Shown: positions 48,949 to 59,342 of the stretch, piece after piece | How positions within the stretch are numbered: position 1 is the first letter of the stretch | How the letters are laid out: the number at the start of each line of letters is the position of its first letter | IMG/VR virus record: IMGVR_UViG_3300034117_002447 | Span: 186,001 to 250,000 of that record | DNA length: 64,000 nucleotides | Direction: 5' to 3' (one strand) | The notes under the pieces: model-generated | The model's input: only the letters and a program-made list of their open reading frames with translations | The model's database searches: none | Told to the model about the DNA's origin: nothing | Translations under genes and position numbers: made by a program

Positions 48949-51129
48949 TTATCTTATTATTTTATCAACCGCAAACGTTAAAGTTTCAGCATTTGTACAA
49001 ACAATTTCTATAATAGGCTTAGCAGTTCTTCCGTAGTTTGTTGGAAAATCCGCAGCGGTTAATGTTGCTATAAGTACGCTGTTTGCTGACAGTGCATTTG
49101 TGATGTTTTGTGAATCAGTTTTTAGTGTTATTGTGTACGGCCCAGGAATAATTGGAGAGTCACATACTACTTTAAGTAGCTGACCCTTCTTCCAAGTATT
49201 AATAGAATCATCTATGTAAATCGTTAAATCTTGAGAAAGATTAAATGGAATTGGGCTACTTGATCCATTTAATTTTAGATGTCGGATTTGAGTTGATGAG
49301 ATTCCTAATGAAACGGTTTTTACGCCTAATGCATTTGTACTAAAGTCGACTTCGGTTATATCTGAATAGCCTTGAACGTTTGATCCTATTGTAATTTGAC
49401 CTGGGATAAGTTTTCCAAGAGAAATTCCGTAACCTGGCTTGAATGCATCCATATTATATGATATTTGCAATGAAGTTGTTCCTGTTAAAATCTCGTCTAT
49501 TCTATCATTTGTGCTCCCGATTAAATCCATAATTGCAGTTGACTCGGCAAAGGCTGCACTTGATGCAGAAACAGTTGTTTCCAATACGGCGATTCTTTTA
49601 GCTAAGCTAGACATCGCAGTTGAATTTAATAATGCGTCTTTTGCGGTATCGACGTTAACTCTTAAATTCTCAAGAGCCGCTAATTTATCGTTAAATTTAG
49701 TTTGAAGCTGTCTAATTTCAGTCAATACATCGGTAAACAAGTTCAATGAAAATGTATTGTAGTCATTAATTGATTTTTCAACTGAAACATCTTCAATTGA
49801 AGTATCAAATTTAAGGTTTACTTTGAATGCAAACGAGTTACCATTAGTTTTATTAATAGTATCCGGTTTGTTTTTGGTGATCATTGGGATAATAAATTCA
49901 CTTCCGCTTTGAACCACTCGGTTTAGGAAGTAAACTCCATATAAGTTAGAAACGCTAACTGGTTCGGTGCCGGCTACCGCGTTTGGCGCTGGATCATATA
50001 CGTCATAGTAAACTAAAATTGCATTAAATTCAAAATCCTCATTTCCAACGCTGTCATTTAGTTGAGAGAATGATTTGATTGTTGTATTTTGAGAAGCAAT
50101 TAAGTAGTCAGTTAAGTCAAAATCAATAGTCATACCGTCGTGGGTTGATCTAAGGTACTCGACTGTTCTGGTATTTAAACCTGCAGTGTAGGTCTTTTTG
50201 ATTCTTTGAGTTTTTGGAGCAGAGCTTCCAGTATTGTAAGGTGTTCCAAAGTATGCAGCCTGATCAGTGTAATATGAATTATTGACAGATGATGCTCCCC
50301 ACCAGAATCCGGTAGCAACCGGTGTAGTATTTAAAATATTCGAAGTATATGTAGTTACCGCGTTTGAATCTAAGTCATAAAACGCTTCTAACCCCATTCC
50401 AGCAAATGGATGAGTGTCTGTGTAGTGTCTACCGTTTAAGTATTCCGCGTCAAGTGGATCCCCTGGCGTATTTACGATTACCATTCCTGGACCGTAATTC
50501 TCGTCAGGCTTTGACTTGAATAAGACAGTTGGAGTAGTTCCAACATTAGTTGGCACGTGAATGTACAATTCGCTGTATGAATTATCTTTGCTGCGAACTG
50601 AGTTAACTACATCAATTTCTCCAATATACTTAACTACTCGGTCATAGGTAGAAGTAGTTGGATCGTACCAGTCTTCTGCCCATCTTTTTTCACTAACCGG
50701 TAGTGATTGATTAACTTCAGTTGAGTTAGCGTCTCTCCAACGAACTGCTCCAAGCTCCTTTAACCACTTCCAAAAAACTCTTTCGGAAACATTTAGCTTT
50801 TTTTCTCGATTGTATGACGATTGTGAAATCAGCAAACTCTCGAAATTTAGAGCGTAATTTTGGAAACTTTGAGCTAGGTTAATATTTTCATTTACTGATA
50901 AATTATTAATGATTGGAGTTTCACCTTGCGCAATAAACTGTACTTTGTTATCAGTTTCCATAGTAGTTGGTATACCTATTTCTGGAATACGTAACAGGGC
51001 GAATTTAGAAAACTTAAACTTATTTGTATTATTGTTAAATGTTAAGCTTAAGTCTTCAATCGCACTTTGAAAAGAATAGAACATTCCTTTCTGGGTTTGA
51101 ATTGGTTTTATTAATGGTGCAACTGCCAT
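48949..51129 (-). CDS. Virion structural protein (hypothetical)
   Basis: 726-aa ORF in the late operon with a coiled-coil region near residues 460-540. Confidence 0.6.
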   Translation of the reverse strand: MAVAPLIKPIQTQKGMFYSFQSAIEDLSLTFNNNTNKFKFSKFALLRIPEIGIPTTMETDNKVQFIAQGETPIINNLSVNENINLAQSFQNYALNFESLLISQSSYNREKKLNVSERVFWKWLKELGAVRWRDANSTEVNQSLPVSEKRWAEDWYDPTTSTYDRVVKYIGEIDVVNSVRSKDNSYSELYIHVPTNVGTTPTVLFKSKPDENYGPGMVIVNTPGDPLDAEYLNGRHYTDTHPFAGMGLEAFYDLDSNAVTTYTSNILNTTPVATGFWWGASSVNNSYYTDQAAYFGTPYNTGSSAPKTQRIKKTYTAGLNTRTVEYLRSTHDGMTIDFDLTDYLIASQNTTIKSFSQLNDSVGNEDFEFNAILVYYDVYDPAPNAVAGTEPVSVSNLYGVYFLNRVVQSGSEFIIPMITKNKPDTINKTNGNSFAFKVNLKFDTSIEDVSVEKSINDYNTFSLNLFTDVLTEIRQLQTKFNDKLAALENLRVNVDTAKDALLNSTAMSSLAKRIAVLETTVSASSAAFAESTAIMDLIGSTNDRIDEILTGTTSLQISYNMDAFKPGYGISLGKLIPGQITIGSNVQGYSDITEVDFSTNALGVKTVSLGISSTQIRHLKLNGSSSPIPFNLSQDLTIYIDDSINTWKKGQLLKVVCDSPIIPGPYTITLKTDSQNITNALSANSVLIATLTAADFPTNYGRTAKPIIEIVCTNAETLTFAVDKIIR

Positions 51130-51141
51130 AGTAGTTAGTTA

Positions 51142-52200
51142 TTAGTTTGTTATTTCAATGTTGTGTGAGCTTGTGATAACGAATCTTGAACTTACGAAAT
51201 TAAGGCCAGACATTGTATTTTCGAACTTGGTTAAAGTTACACTAGAACCAAATAGTCTAGAACTAGTAGTTGAAGCTTGCACGTTTGTATTATAAGTGGT
51301 GATATGTTGCACTGGTGTTCCAGCTGCTAATTGGCCGATTGCTGTACTCGCAGTAGTTTGTGCAACTAGGGTTCCTGAATTAATTAATCCTGGAGTACCG
51401 TTTGCAAGTAGAGTAAATCCTGGAAGAATTTTAATGTCTCCCCAGTTAGTTGTTGCAATTGTAGCTGAACTTGAATTTATGTATTCTTTAACAATCACAG
51501 TGAAGCTTTGTCCATTGTCTGGGCGGCTTGCAACGTCTTCGTAAACAAATAAGATAATCGGCTTACTTGAAGATGGGCTGTTATCTGCACATTTAATTGT
51601 GACATAGATGAATTGCTTGCTTGTTTTACTTAGTTTAAGAACTCCGTAATAGTAGTCAGTACTACTAACATTAATTGCGGTAGTTGTAACAACTGTATTA
51701 GTTGAACCTTCCGTACTTTGGGTGATTGCTTGCGCTGGAAAACTAACTTCTCCGTAAAACTGAGACTTAACAGAAGTACTTAAGTTACCTACGTAAAATC
51801 CATCTGCTGTTACACTAGCTAATGGAATACCTACGCCCAATCGAGTGATTGCCATTGCATTTGCTGCTCCAGTCATATCGATTGTTCCACCGGCTTGAAT
51901 AATTAACTTATCAATTGATAGAATTGACTTGCCAGCACTTTTTGTTAGACTTCCAATTGTATTGGTTGAGTCCATGAAAGTTATTCCATTTCCTAGAATA
52001 ACATTGTTTGTTTTTACTTGGTTAACGTAATTGTCTACCCCGATGTACTTATTAACTAAGTCGATTTCAAGAGTGTTAATAACGTCCTCAAGTTTTGACT
52101 TTACCACAGTGACATTGGCGTTAAGTATTAGACGCATGTCTGAGATAAAAGTAGTCTCAAGTAGAGTTTGAGTGTTTAAGGATACATTAGTAAATGCCAT
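51142..52200 (-). CDS. Virion structural/fibre-like protein (hypothetical)
   Basis: 352 aa, T/S-rich, first gene after a late-promoter motif. Confidence 0.6.
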   Translation of the reverse strand: MAFTNVSLNTQTLLETTFISDMRLILNANVTVVKSKLEDVINTLEIDLVNKYIGVDNYVNQVKTNNVILGNGITFMDSTNTIGSLTKSAGKSILSIDKLIIQAGGTIDMTGAANAMAITRLGVGIPLASVTADGFYVGNLSTSVKSQFYGEVSFPAQAITQSTEGSTNTVVTTTAINVSSTDYYYGVLKLSKTSKQFIYVTIKCADNSPSSSKPIILFVYEDVASRPDNGQSFTVIVKEYINSSSATIATTNWGDIKILPGFTLLANGTPGLINSGTLVAQTTASTAIGQLAAGTPVQHITTYNTNVQASTTSSRLFGSSVTLTKFENTMSGLNFVSSRFVITSSHNIEITN

Positions 52201-52223
52201 TGTTTAAGAATTTTTTGTCTTTT

Positions 52224-52232
52224 TTATTTATT
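52224..52232 (-). promoter_or_regulatory. Putative late promoter AATAAATAA
   Basis: GCTTAATAAATAAA, the same 14-mer as at 55545; 23 nt upstream of the start. Confidence 0.6.
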
Positions 52233-52251
52233 AAGCAAACCCAAGGGAACC

Positions 52252-55200
52252 TTACATTAAGGCTTTCCTACGATTTAACGTGTTTTCTATATGATCTTGG
52301 TAATCGTGAACTGTTCTTGGATCAAACGCATTAAATTCTTTAGTTAATTCATATACGTTGTTATTGACATCGGTTACTTTTACTGAAAGCAAATAGTCTC
52401 CAGGTTCAGAAAATCTCCAAATAAAAGTAGAGTTAGCTTTAATTTGAACCACAGTTTCTCCAAATAACGATAGTGTCCAAATACACTCCTTTTTGGAATC
52501 AATGTTAGATACTGCTGCAAACACTGGATGGTGTAGTGGAATAGTTATTCCGTCTAATCCGATTTTTAGGTTAGAGAAGTTAAAGCTGTTCTCGTCATAG
52601 TTTGACGGTAGGTACCCTCTCATTTCAACTTCTGGTACTTGATTATTTGTAAATTCTACAAATTTCTTGTTTATCCAATAATTAATATCTGATGCATTTG
52701 CGTCAACTGGTTTAACGTATTCAAACTTCCAATCGCTAACTGATACAGCTGAACCTGAACTTGAACTGGTTGTGATTACTATTGAGTTTGGACTATTTTG
52801 GATAACTGTTCCAGTTATCCATCTACTCGGATTAGATATACTTGAAGCTTTGATTGTAACTCCATTCGTAAAGGTAAACGCCCTAGCCAGAGTTAAAGTA
52901 ATGTTAGTTGGAAAACTCGTTGGGATAGTCGCTGTTGTATTTGAAGTAACAGTTTCGCCAGTTCTTTTTAAACAATCGTCAAACGGAGAATCTAAGAATA
53001 AAAGGTCTTCGTCTAATTCACGTGAAACTGTTGCTAATTGAGTATTAATTGAATCGATTAGCCCGTTTGAATAAACTCCAAATGGATAACAGAAAGTATA
53101 AATTCGGTAATATTCTCCAGAGTCATCAGTTACTCTAATGATTCGGTGTAGAGTTACATCCTGTCTTTTTGCATGAGCGTGAATTTTTCCGTTAACTAAA
53201 ACATACCGATATTCGCTAACATGTGGATTAGTTGACGCATTTAACTGGTTAGTTAAATCTTCACTTGTTGAATAAGAAGATACTACATAGCTATTATGAA
53301 CGTCCCAATCCGCAAAATTAATAAATTCCAAAACTCCCATAGTAGGTAAATCCAATATGAATCCATTAAGTCTATCTGGAACATACGATAAATCAATCAT
53401 TCGATTCATTTTTAAGTCCTTAATCATTGCATTTTCGTAATCGCCTAATGATGGTTGGCCAAATGCATGTGATCCAGTACCCCACTGTGATTTAAGTAAG
53501 TTAGTAGATGTTGAAATATCTTCGAAACCTATTCCATCTGTAAATATTTGAACTTCATTTTGTGGATTACCTACTCCAAAATTATTTGAATATGTGAACC
53601 AGTCTAAATAGTGAGAACTTAAAGTAGACGAAGTTTCTCCAGTCTGAACAATATTTGCGAATTGTAAGTAGATTGGATTGTTTTGAATTTGTCCTATCGT
53701 TACATTATGAAGATCTCTAAATCTATATGAATTTTTATCTTGAATCTTAGCAAAAACTTCAATAACCGGCTCCTCAGTCAATACAGTAACCGTTAGGTGG
53801 CTTACGTTTTGTCCTCCTTGTAAATCATATACATTTGAAGTTATTACGTAGGTCCCAATGTGAGGCAAAATATGAGGAAGCTTAACTAAATCAGCTAATA
53901 GTCCTCTCCATGAAAAATTATAACCTTGCGGTCCAGTAATGGTCCATTCAATTTCATATCCGTTACGGTATCTGATATTTCCGATTGTGAAATGCGAGTT
54001 TGCAAAGTCAATAAACTTAGATCCGTCTAGTCCTCCCAATGTAAAATCGGGAATATACGCCTCTAATGAAACTGGGCAACCTACTTTTCCATCGATATCA
54101 TCAACGCTTTGCATTGGATTACTTTGGCCGTGATACGCAAACTCATAATTCCGTAAGTTTAGATAATAATCCTGAATTCCAGTTAATAGAGATGGAATAC
54201 TTGTTACTGGATACTGTTGGTTAAACTCGTATGGGTTTATGTTTGATGTATTAAAACTTATTTCTGGAAATTCAGAGGTTGAGTTTGTTTTATGATACAG
54301 GGTTTTAATATCTCTAATCTGTAATAACTGAGAAGTTGTAACCGGCTGATTTATTACTAAATTATAGTCGTCGTTTATTTCTAATGAGTTGATGTAGGTA
54401 ACATCTGACCAATTACGAAGATTAAATTTGTCAAAATATATGAATTCTCCAATAATGTCCTTAATTACAACATTTACTGGAAGTATTTCTGTTTTTAATT
54501 TAGTTGAAAGGCGATTTAATTTATAGAAAATTTCATCTACTTCAAAATCTGTGGTAAATTCAACTTCTGGAACACCATCATCATCATAATTATCACTAGC
54601 TACGGAAAATTCGTAAGCTAAAGCTAGGAATTCAGTCTTTTTAAACTTGCCGCCTTTTTTAATTTGGCCATTTAGGTCAACTAGGTTAATTGAGTCAATT
54701 GAACCAGCTGTCATTAGGTCAGTAACATCAACCATTGCAAACTTATTGTAATACGGTGAGTTTGTATCAGCATCTTTCCAATACTCCTTTACTCGCAGTA
54801 CGTCACGATAGCCCAAAATGTCAATTAAGTTAATTAATCCTTTGTAAGTTCCAACATACGGGTAAATTTGATCTCTATTTACTAGAATCTCTTTTCGGGC
54901 TTGGTTAATTTGCTTCCAGTCAGGAAGACCTTCTTTTAAGTCATAATCTTTAAGTAGAAGGGCATCCTCTCTGTTAAATTTAATACCAAAGTTAGTTAAC
55001 CAAATTCGGAAACGCTCGTCTTCGTCCTCGCCTTCTCCATAAAAATAAATGGATGCGATTTTTGTGGTAGTTGATGAAGTTTCGTAATAAAGTTCAAGAG
55101 TTCGATTGTATGATACCTCTTCAGCTGGAGAAAAACTCACATTTAATTGAAGAGGGTAAGTTAAGTCAAGATTTGTGGTACCTGATGGCAAAAGATCCTC

Positions 55201-55521
55201 ATAGTCAATAGTAATACCAGTTTGTCTTGTGATATACGTGGTAGAATCAGTATGTGAGTCCTCTTTAGCTACGGTAAATAGGAAAAAATTATCGGAATTT
55301 TCAGAAGTTATCCATTTTGCAATAATCTTTGAACCTGGCTCCATAACTGGGAACCGGTAACCGCTATTTGTACTTTCTAGAATAAAAAGGTTAGATACAT
55401 CGTATAGAGCAGTTGAAATAGGAAGAAAATAGTCAGCACCTTCCCATACTCCATCCGAGTTCTGTGAAAAGTTGTACGATTCACCATTTTTATCAAAAAA
55501 TAAGAGATTATTAATATTCAT
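52252..55521 (-). CDS. Baseplate wedge-like protein with PKD-like domains
   Basis: YVGTYKGLINLIDILGY resembles wedge/P2-I-like motifs; PKD-like LPHIGTYVITSNVYD and FSEPGDYLLSVKVTD. Confidence 0.5.
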   Translation of the reverse strand: MNINNLLFFDKNGESYNFSQNSDGVWEGADYFLPISTALYDVSNLFILESTNSGYRFPVMEPGSKIIAKWITSENSDNFFLFTVAKEDSHTDSTTYITRQTGITIDYEDLLPSGTTNLDLTYPLQLNVSFSPAEEVSYNRTLELYYETSSTTTKIASIYFYGEGEDEDERFRIWLTNFGIKFNREDALLLKDYDLKEGLPDWKQINQARKEILVNRDQIYPYVGTYKGLINLIDILGYRDVLRVKEYWKDADTNSPYYNKFAMVDVTDLMTAGSIDSINLVDLNGQIKKGGKFKKTEFLALAYEFSVASDNYDDDGVPEVEFTTDFEVDEIFYKLNRLSTKLKTEILPVNVVIKDIIGEFIYFDKFNLRNWSDVTYINSLEINDDYNLVINQPVTTSQLLQIRDIKTLYHKTNSTSEFPEISFNTSNINPYEFNQQYPVTSIPSLLTGIQDYYLNLRNYEFAYHGQSNPMQSVDDIDGKVGCPVSLEAYIPDFTLGGLDGSKFIDFANSHFTIGNIRYRNGYEIEWTITGPQGYNFSWRGLLADLVKLPHILPHIGTYVITSNVYDLQGGQNVSHLTVTVLTEEPVIEVFAKIQDKNSYRFRDLHNVTIGQIQNNPIYLQFANIVQTGETSSTLSSHYLDWFTYSNNFGVGNPQNEVQIFTDGIGFEDISTSTNLLKSQWGTGSHAFGQPSLGDYENAMIKDLKMNRMIDLSYVPDRLNGFILDLPTMGVLEFINFADWDVHNSYVVSSYSTSEDLTNQLNASTNPHVSEYRYVLVNGKIHAHAKRQDVTLHRIIRVTDDSGEYYRIYTFCYPFGVYSNGLIDSINTQLATVSRELDEDLLFLDSPFDDCLKRTGETVTSNTTATIPTSFPTNITLTLARAFTFTNGVTIKASSISNPSRWITGTVIQNSPNSIVITTSSSSGSAVSVSDWKFEYVKPVDANASDINYWINKKFVEFTNNQVPEVEMRGYLPSNYDENSFNFSNLKIGLDGITIPLHHPVFAAVSNIDSKKECIWTLSLFGETVVQIKANSTFIWRFSEPGDYLLSVKVTDVNNNVYELTKEFNAFDPRTVHDYQDHIENTLNRRKALM

Positions 55522-55544
55522 ACGCTAATGCTAGCTCTTTACCT

Positions 55545-55553
55545 TTATTTATT
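55545..55553 (-). promoter_or_regulatory. Putative late promoter AATAAATAA
   Basis: GCTTAATAAATAAA, 23 nt upstream of the 55521 start. Confidence 0.6.
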
Positions 55554-55570
55554 AAGCCAGACAACTGGAA

Positions 55571-55990
55571 TTAAATAGTAAAGATCTCGCTCTCGCCTGA
55601 GTGGCTTAACGAAACAAATTCTACTTTTTCACCCTTGCCTATGTGCTTATAGATTTTCTTGTACTCTTTAGCATACCCGTTTTTAGAGATCTGAGTAAAG
55701 TATGCAAATGCATTATTTGATTTTTCCTCATTAAAGTTTCTCCAATATCGCAACAGGTCCAATAGAGCTGACTGAATACAGTCTTCTTTATCAAGTGGAT
55801 TACTGAACCTAAGTTTTAGGATCGCTCTATTTGCCAGGATTATAAAATAGTTAATTGCAATTGGGGATAATTCACCAGCTGTGTGCTGGTATCCAGTCTC
55901 TTCGTTTAGTAGACCGTGTTTACACCTAATTATTTCATTTGTAAAATCCCGGTTGTTGATGTAGTACTTACTTTCTCTAGCTTTTGACAT
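55571..55990 (-). CDS. Late-transcription sigma factor, T4 gp55-like
   Basis: YYINNRDF and WRNFNEEKSNNAFAYFTQISKNGY parallel gp55 YVNNKEL and [23 protein letters not shown]. Confidence 0.8.
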   Translation of the reverse strand: MSKARESKYYINNRDFTNEIIRCKHGLLNEETGYQHTAGELSPIAINYFIILANRAILKLRFSNPLDKEDCIQSALLDLLRYWRNFNEEKSNNAFAYFTQISKNGYAKEYKKIYKHIGKGEKVEFVSLSHSGESEIFTI

Positions 55991-55994
55991 TTGG

Positions 55995-56660
55995 TTATGA
56001 TTCTTTTAGTGACGTGTATATTTTAAGAACTGCTAAGTACGAGTCAATCATATCCATATACGGGGATCCAATTACCTCTTTTTTAACAATTTGATCTTCG
56101 TATTTAAGTAGTACTTGATGAAGACTACTGCCTTCGGCCAGCATAGGAGTTTCCTTAAATTGTTCGTACACGTCAAACTTACCGGCATTTCCTTTTGCTC
56201 CAATTGCATTTTTTAGTTCCCCAGGAGAAAATATGAATAGACTCTCTTGATTATTATTTAATAAATTGTCAAGTACTTTCTTTCTTAACATGCCAGTAGA
56301 TTGAGCAATATCAATTAGTGCATTGCCTTGAGCACCGTATGCTATACCTTCAATTGAAATGATTCGGTTAGGCTCATCTTTAATAACTTCTTCCACTCTA
56401 TCGATTAATGTATCGACTAGTAGCGAATAATTAGCTAATTTAGCCCTTTCTACTCCAGAATAGGTATCATATTTAAAGTTCTTAGGGGGGAGAAAAATAA
56501 ACTCTAGCTCAGGAAATTCTAATTGAGTGTCCTCTAGTAACTTCCGGTGGGCTTTAGTCGTATTGGAATTGACACACGCGATCCAGCGAAAACTTTTAAA
56601 GTCTTTGCAAATACAAACAGCTGGAAACTGTATTGAGAAATCTATTCCTATTACTACCAA
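55995..56660 (-). CDS. RuvC-like Holliday junction resolvase / RNase H-fold nuclease
   Basis: VIGIDFS, ISIEG, ELKNAIGAKGNAGK and DMIDSY acidic catalytic pattern; TTG start. Confidence 0.7.
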   Translation of the reverse strand: MVVIGIDFSIQFPAVCICKDFKSFRWIACVNSNTTKAHRKLLEDTQLEFPELEFIFLPPKNFKYDTYSGVERAKLANYSLLVDTLIDRVEEVIKDEPNRIISIEGIAYGAQGNALIDIAQSTGMLRKKVLDNLLNNNQESLFIFSPGELKNAIGAKGNAGKFDVYEQFKETPMLAEGSSLHQVLLKYEDQIVKKEVIGSPYMDMIDSYLAVLKIYTSLKES

Positions 56661-56765
56661 GAGTCATTCTAAGTGATTTGAAGTATTCTACTGAATAAAA
56701 AGATTAAGTTTTTTGAAACCTTTGTAAAATGTACTGTAGAATAAGGGTGTTGGGAGGGTATAGAG

Positions 56766-56858
56766 CTTAGAGTCTTAGGAACTTAGTCTACTTATATTAT
56801 TAATATAAAGAATTAAGTAAACTTACTACCTTAATCCTAAGCACTTAGCTACTTAGTC
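56766..56858. repeat. Array of CTTAG-type pentamers at 8-9-bp spacing flanking a 29-bp A/T core
   Basis: CTTAG at 56766, 56774, 56782, 56844 and 56852; variants at 56791, 56822 and 56830; inverted CTAAG at 56837. Core 56792-56820 has only 2 G and no C. Confidence 0.6.
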
Positions 56859-56899
56859 CTGATTTTTAGTATATTTCAACTAATTCATAAAATTAAAAT

Positions 56900-57643
56900 A
56901 TGTTTGATCCACATCAATTAGAAAAAATGCTGTTCTTCGATATAGAAACAGCTGGAACAGTTAGCCATTCTGGAGATCTTTCAGAGAAAATGCAAGAACT
57001 TTGGGCAAATCGTTCGGAAATCCTTAGAAATCAATTGGGTGCAAAGTATCCAGACAATAAAGATAAATCAGACGATGAGCTTTATCAAATGAAATCAGCT
57101 CTTCACGCTGAATTCGGTAGAGTTGTCTGTATTTCCTTCGGTAAAATTAAATGGGTGGACGGCGAACCCGTAGCTCAAATAGTTTCCTACTCTGGAGAAG
57201 ATGAAGAAGACATTTTACGTCAAGCCTTTAAGGTAATTGGTGGTCTTGGGAAAACTGGTGCTAAATTAACTGGCCATAACGTTAAAAGATTCGATGTTCC
57301 ATATCTTTGCAAAAGAGCATTTATACTAGGAGTAGAAACACCAATACCTCTTCAAGTATGGGATAAAAAACCTTGGGAAACTTCAATTATTGATACTTCT
57401 GAGCTTTGGTCATTTGGTGCATGGCAAGAAGGATTCACTTCACTCGACTTATTAGCCACTATTCTAGGAGTCGATTCACCGAAAGACGATATCAAAGGTG
57501 ATCAAGTTCATGAGAATTACTGGGCCGGTAATATCGAAAGAATTAAAGAATACTGCCAAAAAGACGTAATTACGTTAATTCAGATAGCTTTAAAGCTTTC
57601 TAACCTAAACCAAATTGAAAAATCTGGTATAATAATAAAGTAA
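56900..57643 (+). CDS. DEDD 3'-5' exonuclease, PolB-related stand-alone family
   Basis: FFDIET (ExoI), GHNVKRFDVPYL (ExoII), EYCQKDV (ExoIII). Confidence 0.85.
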   Translation: MFDPHQLEKMLFFDIETAGTVSHSGDLSEKMQELWANRSEILRNQLGAKYPDNKDKSDDELYQMKSALHAEFGRVVCISFGKIKWVDGEPVAQIVSYSGEDEEDILRQAFKVIGGLGKTGAKLTGHNVKRFDVPYLCKRAFILGVETPIPLQVWDKKPWETSIIDTSELWSFGAWQEGFTSLDLLATILGVDSPKDDIKGDQVHENYWAGNIERIKEYCQKDVITLIQIALKLSNLNQIEKSGIIIK

Positions 57644-57659
57644 AATAACCACACAATAA

Positions 57660-59243
<1,584 letters not shown>

Positions 59244-59262
59244 ATTTAAGATTAGCCATCGA

Positions 59263-59307
59263 AGAACGGCGCTTGTTGAGTAATACTCGCAGGCGCTGCT
59301 CTGTTTT
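59263..59307 (+). terminator. Long imperfect hairpin after groEL, probable terminator
   Basis: AGAACGGCGCTTGTTGAGT-AAT-ACTCGCAGGCGCTGCTCT followed by GTTTT. Confidence 0.55.
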
Positions 59308-59342
59308 AGAAGGGCGATAGATAAAATAAAGCAAAACCCTAA

